Part shown: one piece after another, positions 8,947 to 19,090 of the stretch
How the letters are laid out: every line of letters starts with the position of its first letter
How positions within the stretch are numbered: the stretch's first letter is position 1
Source of the DNA: Deferribacterales bacterium
GTDB taxonomy: Bacteria; Chrysiogenota; Deferribacteres; Deferribacterales; Geovibrionaceae
Assembly (NCBI GenBank): GCA_050253335.1
Contig: JBFWJG010000013.1
Coordinates: forward strand, 1 to 47,893
Direction of reading: 5' to 3'
Length of the DNA: 47,893 bases
Program-made: the position numbers and the translations under genes
The notes under the pieces: generated by a model
Seen by the model: the letters and a program-made list of their open reading frames with translations, nothing else
Database searches by the model: none
Told to the model about the DNA's origin: nothing

Positions 8947-9408
8947 ATGAAGCTGGCTTTAACCGCCGTATTTGTTAAGGACATTAAAAAGTCCAGAGAG
9001 TTTTACTCAGGTGTGCTCAGGCTCGGGGAGCATATGGACAGCGGTGTGCATCTTTCTTATGACTGCGGGCTTTCCCTCTGGCAGGAGGATTCCGCTCTGG
9101 AAACGATTCACGGGGGAAAATCTCAGTCCGGAAGCGGAAACAGGTTTGAACTCTGCTTCGAGAGCGAAGATCTTGAGGCTGATTTTGCCCGCGTTAATGA
9201 CAGCGGTGCGGAGGTAATCATCCCAATTGCCGAACAGCCCTGGGGGCAGAGGGTTTTCAGGGTTTATGATCCGGAGGGGCATATAGTTGAAGTGGCTGAA
9301 CCGCTGACAGCGACCGTAAGGCGTTTTCTTTCAGCCGGACTGAGTGTGCGGGAAATAAGCGCTAAAACAACAATCCCTGAGGAAATTGTGGAGCAGATGG
9401 CGGAATAA
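8947..9408 (+). CDS. VOC/glyoxalase-bleomycin resistance family protein with short C-terminal HTH-like tail
   Basis: VKDIKKSREFY, EQPWGQRVFRVYDPEGHIVEV. Confidence 0.9.
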   Translation: MKLALTAVFVKDIKKSREFYSGVLRLGEHMDSGVHLSYDCGLSLWQEDSALETIHGGKSQSGSGNRFELCFESEDLEADFARVNDSGAEVIIPIAEQPWGQRVFRVYDPEGHIVEVAEPLTATVRRFLSAGLSVREISAKTTIPEEIVEQMAE

Positions 9409-9497
9409 GGGTGTTTCTGCCCCGAGGGACTGAAATCAGCCTTTAGGAGAATAGGGGGTGCCGACATCAGCACCCTCGTTTCTCAGAAGGCTGGAAT

Positions 9498-9914
9498 CTA
9501 TCTCGTTATTCCGAGCCTCAGATATTCCTTGAAGATGCATTTATCCATGATGAAGGGGACATCCGCCTGTTTTGCTATCTGCTCTGCTTCACTGCTTATC
9601 ACATCTTCCTGAAGCCAGACAAGCCCTGCGCCCTTGAGCACTGCCTCCCGCACCACTTCCGCGGCGAATGCGCTCTGGCGGAAGACATCGACTATATCGG
9701 GCTTAACGGGAACTTCCGCCACGCTGTCGTATGTGGGCACGCCCAGAACCTCTTTCTCCAGAGGGTTTACGGGGTAGACTGTATATCCGTTTTTCATGAG
9801 AAATTTCATAATGCCGTTGCTGGCTCTTTCGGGTTTGCTGGATGCTCCGACTATAACCACGGTCTTTGCGTCTGTAAGGAGAGATTTAAGCTGGTCATCG
9901 GTTAAATTAGTCAT
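9498..9914 (-). CDS. CoA-binding protein (YccU-like)
   Basis: VGASSKPERAS, YPVNP, DIVDVFR, VWLQED, DKCI. Confidence 0.9.
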   Translation of the reverse strand: MTNLTDDQLKSLLTDAKTVVIVGASSKPERASNGIMKFLMKNGYTVYPVNPLEKEVLGVPTYDSVAEVPVKPDIVDVFRQSAFAAEVVREAVLKGAGLVWLQEDVISSEAEQIAKQADVPFIMDKCIFKEYLRLGITR

Positions 9915-9983
9915 GGATTCCTCCGTTATTTTATATATATTATGATCTACATAAACCTGTGATGTGTCAAGGAAGGATATGAA

Positions 9984-10607
9984 ATGATACAGAGCCTTTA
10001 CAGCTCCTCATCCGCACTGCTGGCCTATTCCAAAGCGCAGGACGCAACCGCGCACAATATCGCCAATGTCAGTACGCCCGCTTTTCAGTCCTTTTCCTCA
10101 ACTTTTTCCGAGATTGCTAATCAGGGCGGGGTGAAGCTGAACACAGTCCGCACGGATTATGGCACGGGCTACCTTATCCCCACGGGGAACCAGCTTGATT
10201 TCTCCATAAACGGAAACGGCTATTTCAAAGTCACTGACGCACAGGGAACCGAAAGCCTCACCAGAAGGGGAGACTTTTCCGTTGACGCGGGCGGAAACCT
10301 AGTCACGAGGGACGGCGGAATAGTCGCCGCAGGGGTTGCGGACGGCGGGCGTCTTGAAATCGCAGACAACGGGGAAATATACTCAGACGGAGCCTACAGA
10401 GGCCGCATTGATGTTGTGGACAGAAACGGAGAAACCTTGCCCGAAGGCTCTTTCAGCATCGAGCAGGGAACCCTTGAAGCATCAGACACGGACATAGCCA
10501 AAGAGATCGTGGACAGCATGGTCTATGTCAGTTCATATAAGACGAATATCGTCACCACCCAGACGGCGGATCAGATGCTCGGAACCATCATCGATATGAT
10601 GGCGTAA
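9984..10607 (+). CDS. Flagellar basal-body rod/hook family protein (FlgF/FlgG-like, short)
   Basis: AHNIANVST N-terminus; TGNQLDFSINGNGYF, TRRGDF and QGTLEASDTD. Confidence 0.85.
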   Translation: MIQSLYSSSSALLAYSKAQDATAHNIANVSTPAFQSFSSTFSEIANQGGVKLNTVRTDYGTGYLIPTGNQLDFSINGNGYFKVTDAQGTESLTRRGDFSVDAGGNLVTRDGGIVAAGVADGGRLEIADNGEIYSDGAYRGRIDVVDRNGETLPEGSFSIEQGTLEASDTDIAKEIVDSMVYVSSYKTNIVTTQTADQMLGTIIDMMA

Positions 10608-10610
10608 GCT

Positions 10611-11762
10611 TTAGTCAATTATCCTTAAAATATCTTCAAGCACATCTTCGGCATCCTCAACGCCAAGTGAAAGACGAACAAGGGAATCGCTTATTCCCCT
10701 CGCCGCTCTCTCCGCAGGGGGCATGGCCGCGTGGGACATCATGGGCGGATATGATATTATGCTTTCCACCCCGCCGAGGCTCACGGCAAAAACCGCGTAC
10801 TCCATCTCTTTCAGCAGTTTGTGGGTGAGTTCAGGGGTTTTCAGCTCAAAGGAGAGAACAGCCCCTGCGCCGTCACTCTGCGCCTTGTTTATTTCATATC
10901 CTTTATGGCTTTTCAGCCCGGGGTAGAAAACCTGCTTCACGTTCGGATGTTTTTCCAGCGCTTCGGCGATTATCTGTGCCGATTTCTGCCCCGCCTCCAT
11001 GCGCACGCCGAGAGTCTTGAGCCCCCGTATCACAAGCCAGCAGTCATTAGGCGGGAGAACAGCACCCACGGAATTCTGTATGTATTTTATCCTTTTACCC
11101 AGAGCCTTGTCTGCGGTAACTGCGAATCCGCAGAGAACATCGCTGTGCCCGTTGATGAACTTGGTTCCGCTGTGAAGCACTATATCGCACCCCAGCTCCA
11201 GCGGCCGCTGGAGGTACGGGCTCATGAATGTGTTATCCACAAGAGTGATCAGGTCATATTTTTTTGCCAGAGCGCTCATAGCCTTCAGATCCGTGATTTT
11301 CATCAGCGGGTTTGAGGGCGTTTCAAGGTAGAGAGCCTTTGTTCTGCCGGGGATTACTGCCTTTTCAAAGGCATTCACATCCGTAGCATCTGCGAAGGTG
11401 GCCTCTATGCCGAAGCGGGAGAGAAGCCCCGTAAGCATGCGCCATGTCCCGCCGTACACATCTTCGCATACCACAAGGTGATCTCCGGGGGAGAATATCA
11501 TCAGTGCGGCGGATATGGCTGCCATGCCGGAGGCAAAGGCGTATCCGTGTGAACCGCCCTCAAGATCAGCTATGATTTTTTCCAGCGTCTCCCTCGTGGG
11601 GTTTCCCGAGCGGGAGTAGTCATATTCACCGAACTCGGTCACTGATTTCTGCCTGAATGTGGAGGCGTGTATAAGGGGCACGCTGAGCGCGCCCGTGTGC
11701 GGGTCTATGTCGCAGCCTGTGTGAACAAGGCGTGTGTTTCTTCCTGCTTTTTTTCCGGCCAT
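10611..11762 (-). CDS. metC: PLP-dependent trans-sulfuration enzyme, cystathionine beta-lyase-like
   Basis: YSRSGNPTR, ETPSNP, DNTFMSP, HSGTKFINGHSD, SLGGVES; second of a tandem pair as in Bacillus metI-metC. Confidence 0.75.
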   Translation of the reverse strand: MAGKKAGRNTRLVHTGCDIDPHTGALSVPLIHASTFRQKSVTEFGEYDYSRSGNPTRETLEKIIADLEGGSHGYAFASGMAAISAALMIFSPGDHLVVCEDVYGGTWRMLTGLLSRFGIEATFADATDVNAFEKAVIPGRTKALYLETPSNPLMKITDLKAMSALAKKYDLITLVDNTFMSPYLQRPLELGCDIVLHSGTKFINGHSDVLCGFAVTADKALGKRIKYIQNSVGAVLPPNDCWLVIRGLKTLGVRMEAGQKSAQIIAEALEKHPNVKQVFYPGLKSHKGYEINKAQSDGAGAVLSFELKTPELTHKLLKEMEYAVFAVSLGGVESIISYPPMMSHAAMPPAERAARGISDSLVRLSLGVEDAEDVLEDILRIID

Positions 11763-11765
11763 AGT

Positions 11766-12920
11766 TTATTCTCCGTTCTCAATTGCCTGTCTGAGATCAT
11801 CAATAAGGTCTTCCGCATACTCCACGCCTATGGAAAGGCGGAGCAGCCTGTCCGTCACGCCGAGGCGTTCTCTTATCTCGGGCTCTATATCCGCATGGGT
11901 CTGTACAGCGGGGAAGGTGATCAGAGATTCCGTTCCGCCGAGGCTTTCAGCGAAGTGGAAAACCTTAACGCTTTTAAGAATCTGCGGTACAAACGCAGGT
12001 TCGTCAACCTCAAATGATACCATGCCGCCGAAGGATTTTGCCTGCTTCGCCTGAATATCGTGTCCTTTGTGGTTTTTGAGTCCGGGGTAGAAAACCTTTT
12101 TCACCCTTGGGTGGTTCTCCAGAAATTCCGCAATCTTCCGTGCGTTTTCCGCCTGCTTTTCGATGCGCAGATGCAGGGTTTTAAGCCCTCTCAGCACAAG
12201 CCACGCATCGTTCGGGGCTAGGACTGAGCCCACTGAGTTCTGGAAGAAGAACAACCTGTCGCCCAGTTCCTGAGTTTTTGTCACCACCACTCCCGCCACA
12301 ACGTCATTATGCCCGCCGAGGTATTTTGTGGCGCTGTGCAGAACTATATCCGCACCCAAATCAAGCGGGCGCAGAGCACAGGGGGAAAGGAAGGTGTTGT
12401 CCACAACGAAGATGATTCCCCTGTCGTTTGCGAGCTTTCCCAGCGCCTTAATATCCGCCACTTTCAGCATGGGGTTGGTGGGCACTTCCACAAAGAGCAT
12501 TCTGACGGCTTTATCCTCAAGCGCCGCCTCAACCGCCGCAGTGTCTGCGGTGTCGGCATACACTGCCTCAATGCCGTACTGAGCGTAAACTTTCTGAAAA
12601 ATGCGGTATGTTCCGCCGTACAGGTCTTCGGTTATAACAACCTTATCTCCGGGTGAGAGAAGGCGTATCACATTGTCCACCGCCGCCATGCCGGAGGAGA
12701 AGGCAAGCCCTCTTGCGCCCCCCTCAAGCTCTGCCATTGCGGTTTCGAGCGCCTGTCTGGTGGGGTTTGCGGTTCTGCTGTAGTCAAAGCCGGTACTCTC
12801 GCCGAGGGCAGGGTGGCGGAATGTGGCGCATTGGTGGATGGGGGTGCTTATTGCTCCCGTGTGCGGATCTCTTCTGCTCCCCGCCTGTGCGAGTATAGTA
12901 TCTATATTTAAATTTTTCAT
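11766..12920 (-). CDS. metI: PLP-dependent trans-sulfuration enzyme, cystathionine gamma-synthase-like
   Basis: ATFRHPALGESTGFDYSRTANPTR, HSATKYLGGHND, AESLGGTESLITFP. Confidence 0.75.
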   Translation of the reverse strand: MKNLNIDTILAQAGSRRDPHTGAISTPIHQCATFRHPALGESTGFDYSRTANPTRQALETAMAELEGGARGLAFSSGMAAVDNVIRLLSPGDKVVITEDLYGGTYRIFQKVYAQYGIEAVYADTADTAAVEAALEDKAVRMLFVEVPTNPMLKVADIKALGKLANDRGIIFVVDNTFLSPCALRPLDLGADIVLHSATKYLGGHNDVVAGVVVTKTQELGDRLFFFQNSVGSVLAPNDAWLVLRGLKTLHLRIEKQAENARKIAEFLENHPRVKKVFYPGLKNHKGHDIQAKQAKSFGGMVSFEVDEPAFVPQILKSVKVFHFAESLGGTESLITFPAVQTHADIEPEIRERLGVTDRLLRLSIGVEYAEDLIDDLRQAIENGE

Positions 12921-12941
12921 TAAAACACCTTGATTAAATTA

Positions 12942-13586
12942 TCAGCCTTGTTCGGTAAAAAGCTTTTTATAGTAAAATTCGCAGGTATATATCGCCGCCG
13001 CCGGATTGTGCGCCAGCACCCTGTCCTTTACGATGAAGTAAGTCACCGGAGCCTTGGAATGGCGGATGAAGATCGAGTCATGCCCGACACAGAGCCCGAC
13101 AATGACATTAAGCTCCGTACCCTTTTCCGCCAGAAGCTGAGCCTGCAAAACAGGGTTGCACATCGCCTCGAACTTTCCGCCGCCGTTTATTTTATGCTCC
13201 TCGGGTATGCCGGAGACCGCCTTGTCGGTGGAGCCTACTTTGCATACGAATTCATCGATTTCAAACCCTCTCAGGCGCATGAATTCTGCAAACTTGCCCG
13301 CCTCCTTGGAAAGGCCCACGCAGGAGGCAATGCCGATTTTTTTATAACGCATTCGTGATGCGAATTCGGCAATCTCTTCTATGCGGGTAAGTTTTCCGTA
13401 AAATTTTCCCTCAACCTCTGCGGCGGCGAGGGAGGCTTCTCTAGTGAAGGGATCGTTTCTGAATGAGTCGAGGGAGCTGTTGAGCACAGCCTCATCAATT
13501 TCTGCCGTGGGACAGCCGTTGGGGAAGCTTTTTTCCCTTTTGTAACAGTTCAGTGATTTGCAGATATCACACGTTGCTTTGGCCAT
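12942..13586 (-). CDS. DUF1847-like Cys-rich protein
   Basis: Start re-set to ATG 13586 (GGAGG RBS). TRIEEIAEFA, KIGIASCVGL, CKVG, MCNPVLQA, GLCVGHD and KDRVLAHNP. Confidence 0.85.
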   Translation of the reverse strand: MAKATCDICKSLNCYKREKSFPNGCPTAEIDEAVLNSSLDSFRNDPFTREASLAAAEVEGKFYGKLTRIEEIAEFASRMRYKKIGIASCVGLSKEAGKFAEFMRLRGFEIDEFVCKVGSTDKAVSGIPEEHKINGGGKFEAMCNPVLQAQLLAEKGTELNVIVGLCVGHDSIFIRHSKAPVTYFIVKDRVLAHNPAAAIYTCEFYYKKLFTEQG

Positions 13587-13605
13587 AAATACCTCCAGTG
13601 AATAT

Positions 13606-13649
13606 AAAAATACCGGACTGAGGTTTTTAAGCGCACAGTCCGGCGTATT
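13606..13649 (-). terminator. Hairpin/terminator-like element between cysK and the DUF1847-like gene
   Basis: CCGGACTG/CAGTCCGG stem followed by TATTTTT on the minus strand. Confidence 0.55.
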
Positions 13650-13671
13650 TCCTTTAAAATATCTTTTTGAG

Positions 13672-14613
13672 TTAAGCCGTAACTTCAGGGTCGGCGTACA
13701 GGGTTGTGGAGAGGTAGCGCTCCCCCGTATCGGGGAAAACCACAACAATGAGCTTCCCTGCGTTTTCGGGTCTGGATGCCACTTCCCTTGCCGCATGGAA
13801 CGCAGCGCCGGAGGAGATTCCCACAAGGAGCCCGTCCTCTCTGGCGAGAAGTCTGGATGCGGCAAACGCCTCTGCGCTTTTAACCCTGAAAACCTCATCC
13901 ACTGCCGTTTTGTCAAAAACCTGCGGAACAAAGCCCGCGCCTATGCCCTGAATCTTGTGAGGCGCGGGGCTTCCGCCTGAAAGAACGGGGGATTCGTCCG
14001 GTTCAACCGCTATCACCTGAACGGAGGCCTTCTTCTGCTTGAGAACCTGTCCCACCCCTGTGATTGTTCCGCCTGTGCCCACACCGCCGACTATTATGTC
14101 GACCTGTCCGTCAGTGTCGCGCCAGATCTCCTCCGCGGTTGTTGCCCTGTGGACTGCGGGGTTGGCGGGGTTGTTGAACTGCTGGGGTATGAATGAGTTG
14201 GGCGTTTCCGCGGCGAGTTCCTCAGCCTTCGCCACTGCTCCCTTCATCCCGAGGGTGCCGGGGGTGAGCACGATTTCCGCTCCGTATGCCTTGAGGAGTG
14301 AGCGGCGCTCAAGGCTCATTGTTTCGGGCATGGTGAGTATAAGCCTGTAGCCCCTTGCCGCGCTGACTAGGGCGAGGGCTATGCCCGTGTTGCCGCTTGT
14401 AGGTTCTATGATAACAGTGTCCTTATTGATCAGGCCTGCGTCTTCTGCCGCTTTTATCATGGCAAAGCCGATCCTGTCCTTCACGCTGCCGCCGGGGTTG
14501 AATGATTCAAGCTTCGCCGCGATTCTGCCTTTTGCGCCCTGTGCTGCGCGTCCGATAGCCAGAAGGGGTGTGTTGCCGATTAAATCCGTGAGTGTCTCTG
14601 CTATTCTTCCCAT
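13672..14613 (-). CDS. cysK: Cysteine synthase A (O-acetylserine sulfhydrylase)
   Basis: [49 protein letters not shown]. Confidence 0.95.
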   Translation of the reverse strand: MGRIAETLTDLIGNTPLLAIGRAAQGAKGRIAAKLESFNPGGSVKDRIGFAMIKAAEDAGLINKDTVIIEPTSGNTGIALALVSAARGYRLILTMPETMSLERRSLLKAYGAEIVLTPGTLGMKGAVAKAEELAAETPNSFIPQQFNNPANPAVHRATTAEEIWRDTDGQVDIIVGGVGTGGTITGVGQVLKQKKASVQVIAVEPDESPVLSGGSPAPHKIQGIGAGFVPQVFDKTAVDEVFRVKSAEAFAASRLLAREDGLLVGISSGAAFHAAREVASRPENAGKLIVVVFPDTGERYLSTTLYADPEVTA

Positions 14614-14628
14614 GTGATTTCTCCTTTT

Positions 14629-14693
14629 ATATACTAATTCGATAGATTTTATGTAGCTTTAAGAAAAATAGATCAGAAGAACGGTTATGTCAA
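14629..14693 (-). promoter_or_regulatory. cysK sigma70 promoter with downstream Rrf2-type operator
   Basis: TTGACA (14688-14693)-17 bp-TATTTT (14665-14670); box ATATAC-N7-ATAGAT at 14629-14647. Confidence 0.65.
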
Positions 14694-14716
14694 TAGCATA
14701 TTTTAGCATGGAGTAA

Positions 14717-14764
14717 GCTTCCGCTGTTCCCCGGCATGAGGCAATGCACAGGGAAAGCGGAAGC
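14717..14764 (-). terminator. Long hairpin after cusA
   Basis: GCTTCCGCT...AGCGGAAGC with inner TTCCC/GGGAA and GCAT/ATGC pairing; weak U-tail. Confidence 0.5.
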
Positions 14765-14784
14765 GGGGGAGAGCATCGCTGAGT

Positions 14785-17700
14785 TTAGTCAGCGGCGTTC
14801 ATGCTCTTTTTTATTCCGTGCTGCCGCCATGTGTAGTAAACGGCAGGGATAATTACAAGGGTGAGGAAGGTTGAGGTGACCATTCCGCCTATCATAGGGG
14901 CGGCAATGCGCTTCATGACATCAGCGCCGCTACCAGTCGCCCACATGATGGGGATAAGGCCTATAATAAGGGTGGCAACGGTCATTATCTTGGGGCGCAC
15001 CCTCTGCACCGCTCCGTAAATAACAGCGTCATGCAGGTCTGCGAGGCTGTTCATTTTTCCGGCGTTCATGCGCTCGTCATACGCCTCATCCAGATAGACA
15101 ATCATTATTACCCCGGTCTCAGCCGCCACTCCGGCAAGGGCTATGAGGCCCACCCAGACCGCGACCGATAGGTTGTAGCCGAGGAAGTACAGGTACAGAA
15201 AACCGCCTATCAGTGCAAAAGGCACTGAGAGCATCACTATTGCCGTCTTGGTGACGGAACGGAAGTTCAGGTACAGGATGACGAATATGAGCACGAGGGT
15301 CAGGGGGACGACTATGTTAAGCTTCTCCTTCACACGCATCATGTATTCATACTGGCCGCTCCACTGCATTATGTAGCCCTGCGGAACTGTGACAGCGCCG
15401 TCCACCGCCTTCATGGCGCGCTCAACATACCTGCCGACGTCCACGCCCGTATCCGTGTCCACATATATGTATGAGACAAGCAGTCCGTTTTCGTTTTTGA
15501 GCATGTCAGGCCCCGGCTTCATGTAAACTTCCGCCACTTCGCCGAGAGGAACATAGCCGCTTCTGCCGCCCGCTTCGCCTGAGCCCATGCCGCCTGATGC
15601 CTGTGTGTCGGCACTGCCGTTCATGCCCACGGGGATAAGCACGCTTTTGATCGATTCAATGTCCGACCTGAACGATTTTTTGTAGCGCACGGCAACGGGG
15701 TAGCGCTCCCTGCCTTCCACGGTTCTGGTAACAGGCATACCGCCGATTGCGGATTCTATCACCATGTTAACATCCTCCACCGTGAGGCCGTGCCTCGCCA
15801 GCCTGAACCTGTCCGGCTCTATGTAGAGGTAGTAGCCGCCGTCAGTGCGCTCGGCGTAAACGCTCCTTGTGCCTTCAACTGTTTTCAGCACTTCTTCGAG
15901 TTTTTGCCCCGTTTCCTGCAAAATTACAGGATCAGCGCCGTATATCTTTATCCCCACGGGGGTTTTTATCCCGGTGGAGAGCATATCTATTCTTGCCTTA
16001 ATGGGCATTGTCCATGAGTTTACCCAGCCTGCCACCTGAACTTTGCTGTTTAATTCTTCTATTATTTTGTCCCACGTCATCCCCTCCCTCCATTCGCTTT
16101 CCGGTTTGAGGGTGATCACCGTTTCCGCCATGGAGAGCCCTGCGGGGTCTGTTGCGCTCATGGCGTTGCCCGCCTTGCCGAAGACAGTTTCCACCTCAGG
16201 CACGCTTTTTATAAGCCTGTTCTGTGTCTGTAGGCTTTTTGCCGCCTCCGCCGCGGATATTCCGGGGAGGGTGGTGGGCATGTAGAACACAGTGCCTTCG
16301 TTCAGTGTGGGCATGAACTCGGAGCCGAGCTTTTTTACAACAGGATATGAAGCGGCAACGGCGATTACCGAAAGAACAATCACCGCATACCTGAACCTGA
16401 GCGCCAGATGCACAAAGGGGCGGTACAGAAACACAAGAACCTTTGTGACGGGGTTTTTATCTTCCGCCAGTATTTTGCCTTTGATGAACATAACCATCAG
16501 CGCCGGAACCAGAGTCACCGAGAGGAACGAGGCAAACAGCATGGCGAATGTCTTGGTGTATGCCAATGGCTTGAAGAGCCTGCCTTCCTGAGATTCCAGC
16601 GTGAACACCGGCAGGAACGACACGGTTATGATAAGCAGAGAGAAGAACAGGGGCGCACCGACCTTCTTGGCGGCGTTTATTATGGTCTCCACCCTGTCCG
16701 CATTCGGGTTGTGCTCAAGCTGTTTATGGGCGTTCTCCACCATAACAATAGCGGCGTCAACCATTGCGCCTATGGCTATTGCTATGCCGCCGAGGGACAT
16801 AACGTTTGAGGTGATGCCCAGATGGCGGAACATCACGAAGGACATGATTATGGCAACGGGGAGGGTGATTATCGCCACCAGAGCCGAGCGGAAATGGAAA
16901 AGGAACACCACGCACACAAGGCTGACTATTATTATCTCCTCTATCAGTTTATCCCGCAGGGTTCTGATGGAGTTAAGTATAAGCTCCGAGCGGTCATAAA
17001 CAGGCACAAGCTCCACCCCTTCGGGAAGGGTCTTTTTAAGCTCCTCCGCCTTTGCCTTAACACGCTCTATGACCTCAAGGGCGTTCTCACCGTAGCGCAT
17101 AACAATTATGCCGCCCACGGTTTCACCGTCTCCGTTCAGGTCGACTATGCCTCTGCGCATGGAGGGGCCTGTTTCAACCGAGGCCACATCGCCTATCAGC
17201 ACCGGAACGCCCCGATCATCAAAATCGACCACGGTGTTTTTTATGTCGTCAATGGATGAGATATACCCCAGCCCCTTGATCATGAAGTCCCGCCCGCTGA
17301 ATTCCACGGAGCGTCCCCCCACGTCACGGTTGCTGTTTCTCACCGCTTCTGTGATCTTCGTTATAGGAATGCCGTATGCGCGGAGCCTGTCCGGATCAAG
17401 GTTGATCTGATACTCTTTTATGTGCCCGCCCACTGAGGCTGTTTCCGCAACGCCTTTGACCTCTTCGAAGGCGTATTTCAGATACCAGTCCTGAAGGGAG
17501 CGAAGCTCCGCGAGGTTGTATCTATTCAGTGTGTCTTTCAGTGCGTACTGGTATATCCAGCCGACCCCCGTTGCGTCAGGCCCCAGAGAGGGGTTGACAT
17601 CCGGCGGAAGCTGGCCGCGTATCTTGCTTATGTATTCTGAAACACGGCTTCTTGCCCAGTATATGTCTGTGTCGTCTTCGAAAATCGCATAAACATACGA

Positions 17701-17970
17701 GAACCCGAAGAACGAGTATCCACGCACAACCTTCACCTTAGGCGCGGCAAGCAGACTGCTCACCAGCGGATAGGTTATCTGATCCTCCACGAGATCAGGG
17801 CTTCTGCCTGTCCACTCGGTGAAGATGATAACCTGAACATCGCTCAAGTCGGGGATTGCGTCCAGCGGAGTCTTCTTAACAGACCACACCCCCCAGCCTG
17901 TGATAATGAGGGTGAGGAGGATTATGACAAACTTGTTCCTCGCCGAGTATTCTATGAGCTTTTCTATCAT
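14785..17970 (-). CDS. cusA: CusA/SilA-type heavy-metal RND efflux permease
   Basis: 1061 aa; LDAIPDLSDVQVI, GPDATGVGW, MVDAAIVMVEN, RVRPKIMT; Met residues in the periplasmic region typical of Cu(I)/Ag(I) HME-RND pumps. Confidence 0.92.
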   Translation of the reverse strand: MIEKLIEYSARNKFVIILLTLIITGWGVWSVKKTPLDAIPDLSDVQVIIFTEWTGRSPDLVEDQITYPLVSSLLAAPKVKVVRGYSFFGFSYVYAIFEDDTDIYWARSRVSEYISKIRGQLPPDVNPSLGPDATGVGWIYQYALKDTLNRYNLAELRSLQDWYLKYAFEEVKGVAETASVGGHIKEYQINLDPDRLRAYGIPITKITEAVRNSNRDVGGRSVEFSGRDFMIKGLGYISSIDDIKNTVVDFDDRGVPVLIGDVASVETGPSMRRGIVDLNGDGETVGGIIVMRYGENALEVIERVKAKAEELKKTLPEGVELVPVYDRSELILNSIRTLRDKLIEEIIIVSLVCVVFLFHFRSALVAIITLPVAIIMSFVMFRHLGITSNVMSLGGIAIAIGAMVDAAIVMVENAHKQLEHNPNADRVETIINAAKKVGAPLFFSLLIITVSFLPVFTLESQEGRLFKPLAYTKTFAMLFASFLSVTLVPALMVMFIKGKILAEDKNPVTKVLVFLYRPFVHLALRFRYAVIVLSVIAVAASYPVVKKLGSEFMPTLNEGTVFYMPTTLPGISAAEAAKSLQTQNRLIKSVPEVETVFGKAGNAMSATDPAGLSMAETVITLKPESEWREGMTWDKIIEELNSKVQVAGWVNSWTMPIKARIDMLSTGIKTPVGIKIYGADPVILQETGQKLEEVLKTVEGTRSVYAERTDGGYYLYIEPDRFRLARHGLTVEDVNMVIESAIGGMPVTRTVEGRERYPVAVRYKKSFRSDIESIKSVLIPVGMNGSADTQASGGMGSGEAGGRSGYVPLGEVAEVYMKPGPDMLKNENGLLVSYIYVDTDTGVDVGRYVERAMKAVDGAVTVPQGYIMQWSGQYEYMMRVKEKLNIVVPLTLVLIFVILYLNFRSVTKTAIVMLSVPFALIGGFLYLYFLGYNLSVAVWVGLIALAGVAAETGVIMIVYLDEAYDERMNAGKMNSLADLHDAVIYGAVQRVRPKIMTVATLIIGLIPIMWATGSGADVMKRIAAPMIGGMVTSTFLTLVIIPAVYYTWRQHGIKKSMNAAD

Positions 17971-17971
17971 G

Positions 17972-19090
17972 TCAGAACCCCTTGACAGGGCTTATGCCTT
18001 TAAGCTGAGCTTCCGAATCAAGGAGGAAGTTAGCTCCCCTTGCCACTATCTCCCCTTCGGACAAGCCCTGACGCACTTCTGTGAAACCGCCGGTCTGCGC
18101 CCCTGCAATTATTTCGCGGGGTTCAAAGCGCCCTTCACCGAGGTTTACGAAAACGATTTTACGCCTGCCGTCATCTATGACCGCATCCGTGGGAACCGCA
18201 AGCACCCTGCCCGCAGGGAATTCGGCGAGAATCTCAGTGTACATTGAAGGTTTCAGCAGGCCGCTTCTGTTATTCACGAGAAAACGCACCTTGAGGGTTC
18301 TGGTTCTCTGGGAAACTTCGGGATAAATATAATCCGCAGTGAGCTCATAAATCACGTTCGGAATGCCGGACAGAGTCACTTTCGCCTTGCTACCTACCCT
18401 GATGTATTTGAGTTCGTCCTCATACACATCAGCGACAATCCAGAGATTGGCGAGGCTCACGGCGCTGAAAAGCTCCATGCCGGGGGAGGTCATCATCCCT
18501 TCGCTGACATTTTTGGCTGTCACATAGCCTGAAGCGGGGCTGTACAGCGTTATTGTTCTTTTCGCCCTGCCTGTTTTTTCTATTTCCTGAATTTGTTTTT
18601 CCGTAATATCCCAGTATTTAAGCCTTTGTCTGGCGCTTTCGGTGAGGCGTTTTGCGTCTTCGGCGAACACGCTTCCGTATGCCCCGCCGGAGGAGGGGCT
18701 GATATTTGCCGAATGTTTAAGAAAAGCCAGATACTCCTCCTGAGCGGCCACCGCCTCAGGGCTGTATATTTCGGCGACACGTTCGCCTTTCTTAACGTTT
18801 CTGCCCCTGTAGTCAACATAGAGCTTCTCGATCCATCCGCCGAACTTGCTGTTAACCGAGAATGACGATGTCTCGTCCGCCTGCACTATGCCCGGCAGCT
18901 TCAATTTTTTTACGGATTCACGGTATTCCGCCTTGGCGGGCTTTACGCCGAGCTTCTGTATAAGTTCGCCCGTGAGCTGTATTGAGGGTGCGTCCTCAAA
19001 CATGCTGAAGTCGTCAGCGTATGCGGTCGGAGCCAGAAGAAACGCCGCCGCAAGAGTCAAAATTGTGTTATTCAGGTATCTGCGTGCCAT
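17972..19090 (-). CDS. CusB-like RND periplasmic adaptor (membrane fusion protein)
   Basis: GWIEKLYVD, IYSPE, TRTLKVR, LKPSMY, FLLDSEAQL; signal peptide. Confidence 0.9.
   Translation of the reverse strand: MARRYLNNTILTLAAAFLLAPTAYADDFSMFEDAPSIQLTGELIQKLGVKPAKAEYRESVKKLKLPGIVQADETSSFSVNSKFGGWIEKLYVDYRGRNVKKGERVAEIYSPEAVAAQEEYLAFLKHSANISPSSGGAYGSVFAEDAKRLTESARQRLKYWDITEKQIQEIEKTGRAKRTITLYSPASGYVTAKNVSEGMMTSPGMELFSAVSLANLWIVADVYEDELKYIRVGSKAKVTLSGIPNVIYELTADYIYPEVSQRTRTLKVRFLVNNRSGLLKPSMYTEILAEFPAGRVLAVPTDAVIDDGRRKIVFVNLGEGRFEPREIIAGAQTGGFTEVRQGLSEGEIVARGANFLLDSEAQLKGISPVKGF

Noticed and set aside
13587..13931. N-terminal extension of the DUF1847-like ORF overlapping cysK
   Set aside because: Non-protein-like sequence crossing a hairpin; the GGAGG RBS supports ATG 13586.
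12921..14700. SAM or T-box riboswitch controlling cysK/metI/metC
   Set aside because: No S-box or T-box consensus in the short intergenic regions; a protein operator explains the layout better.
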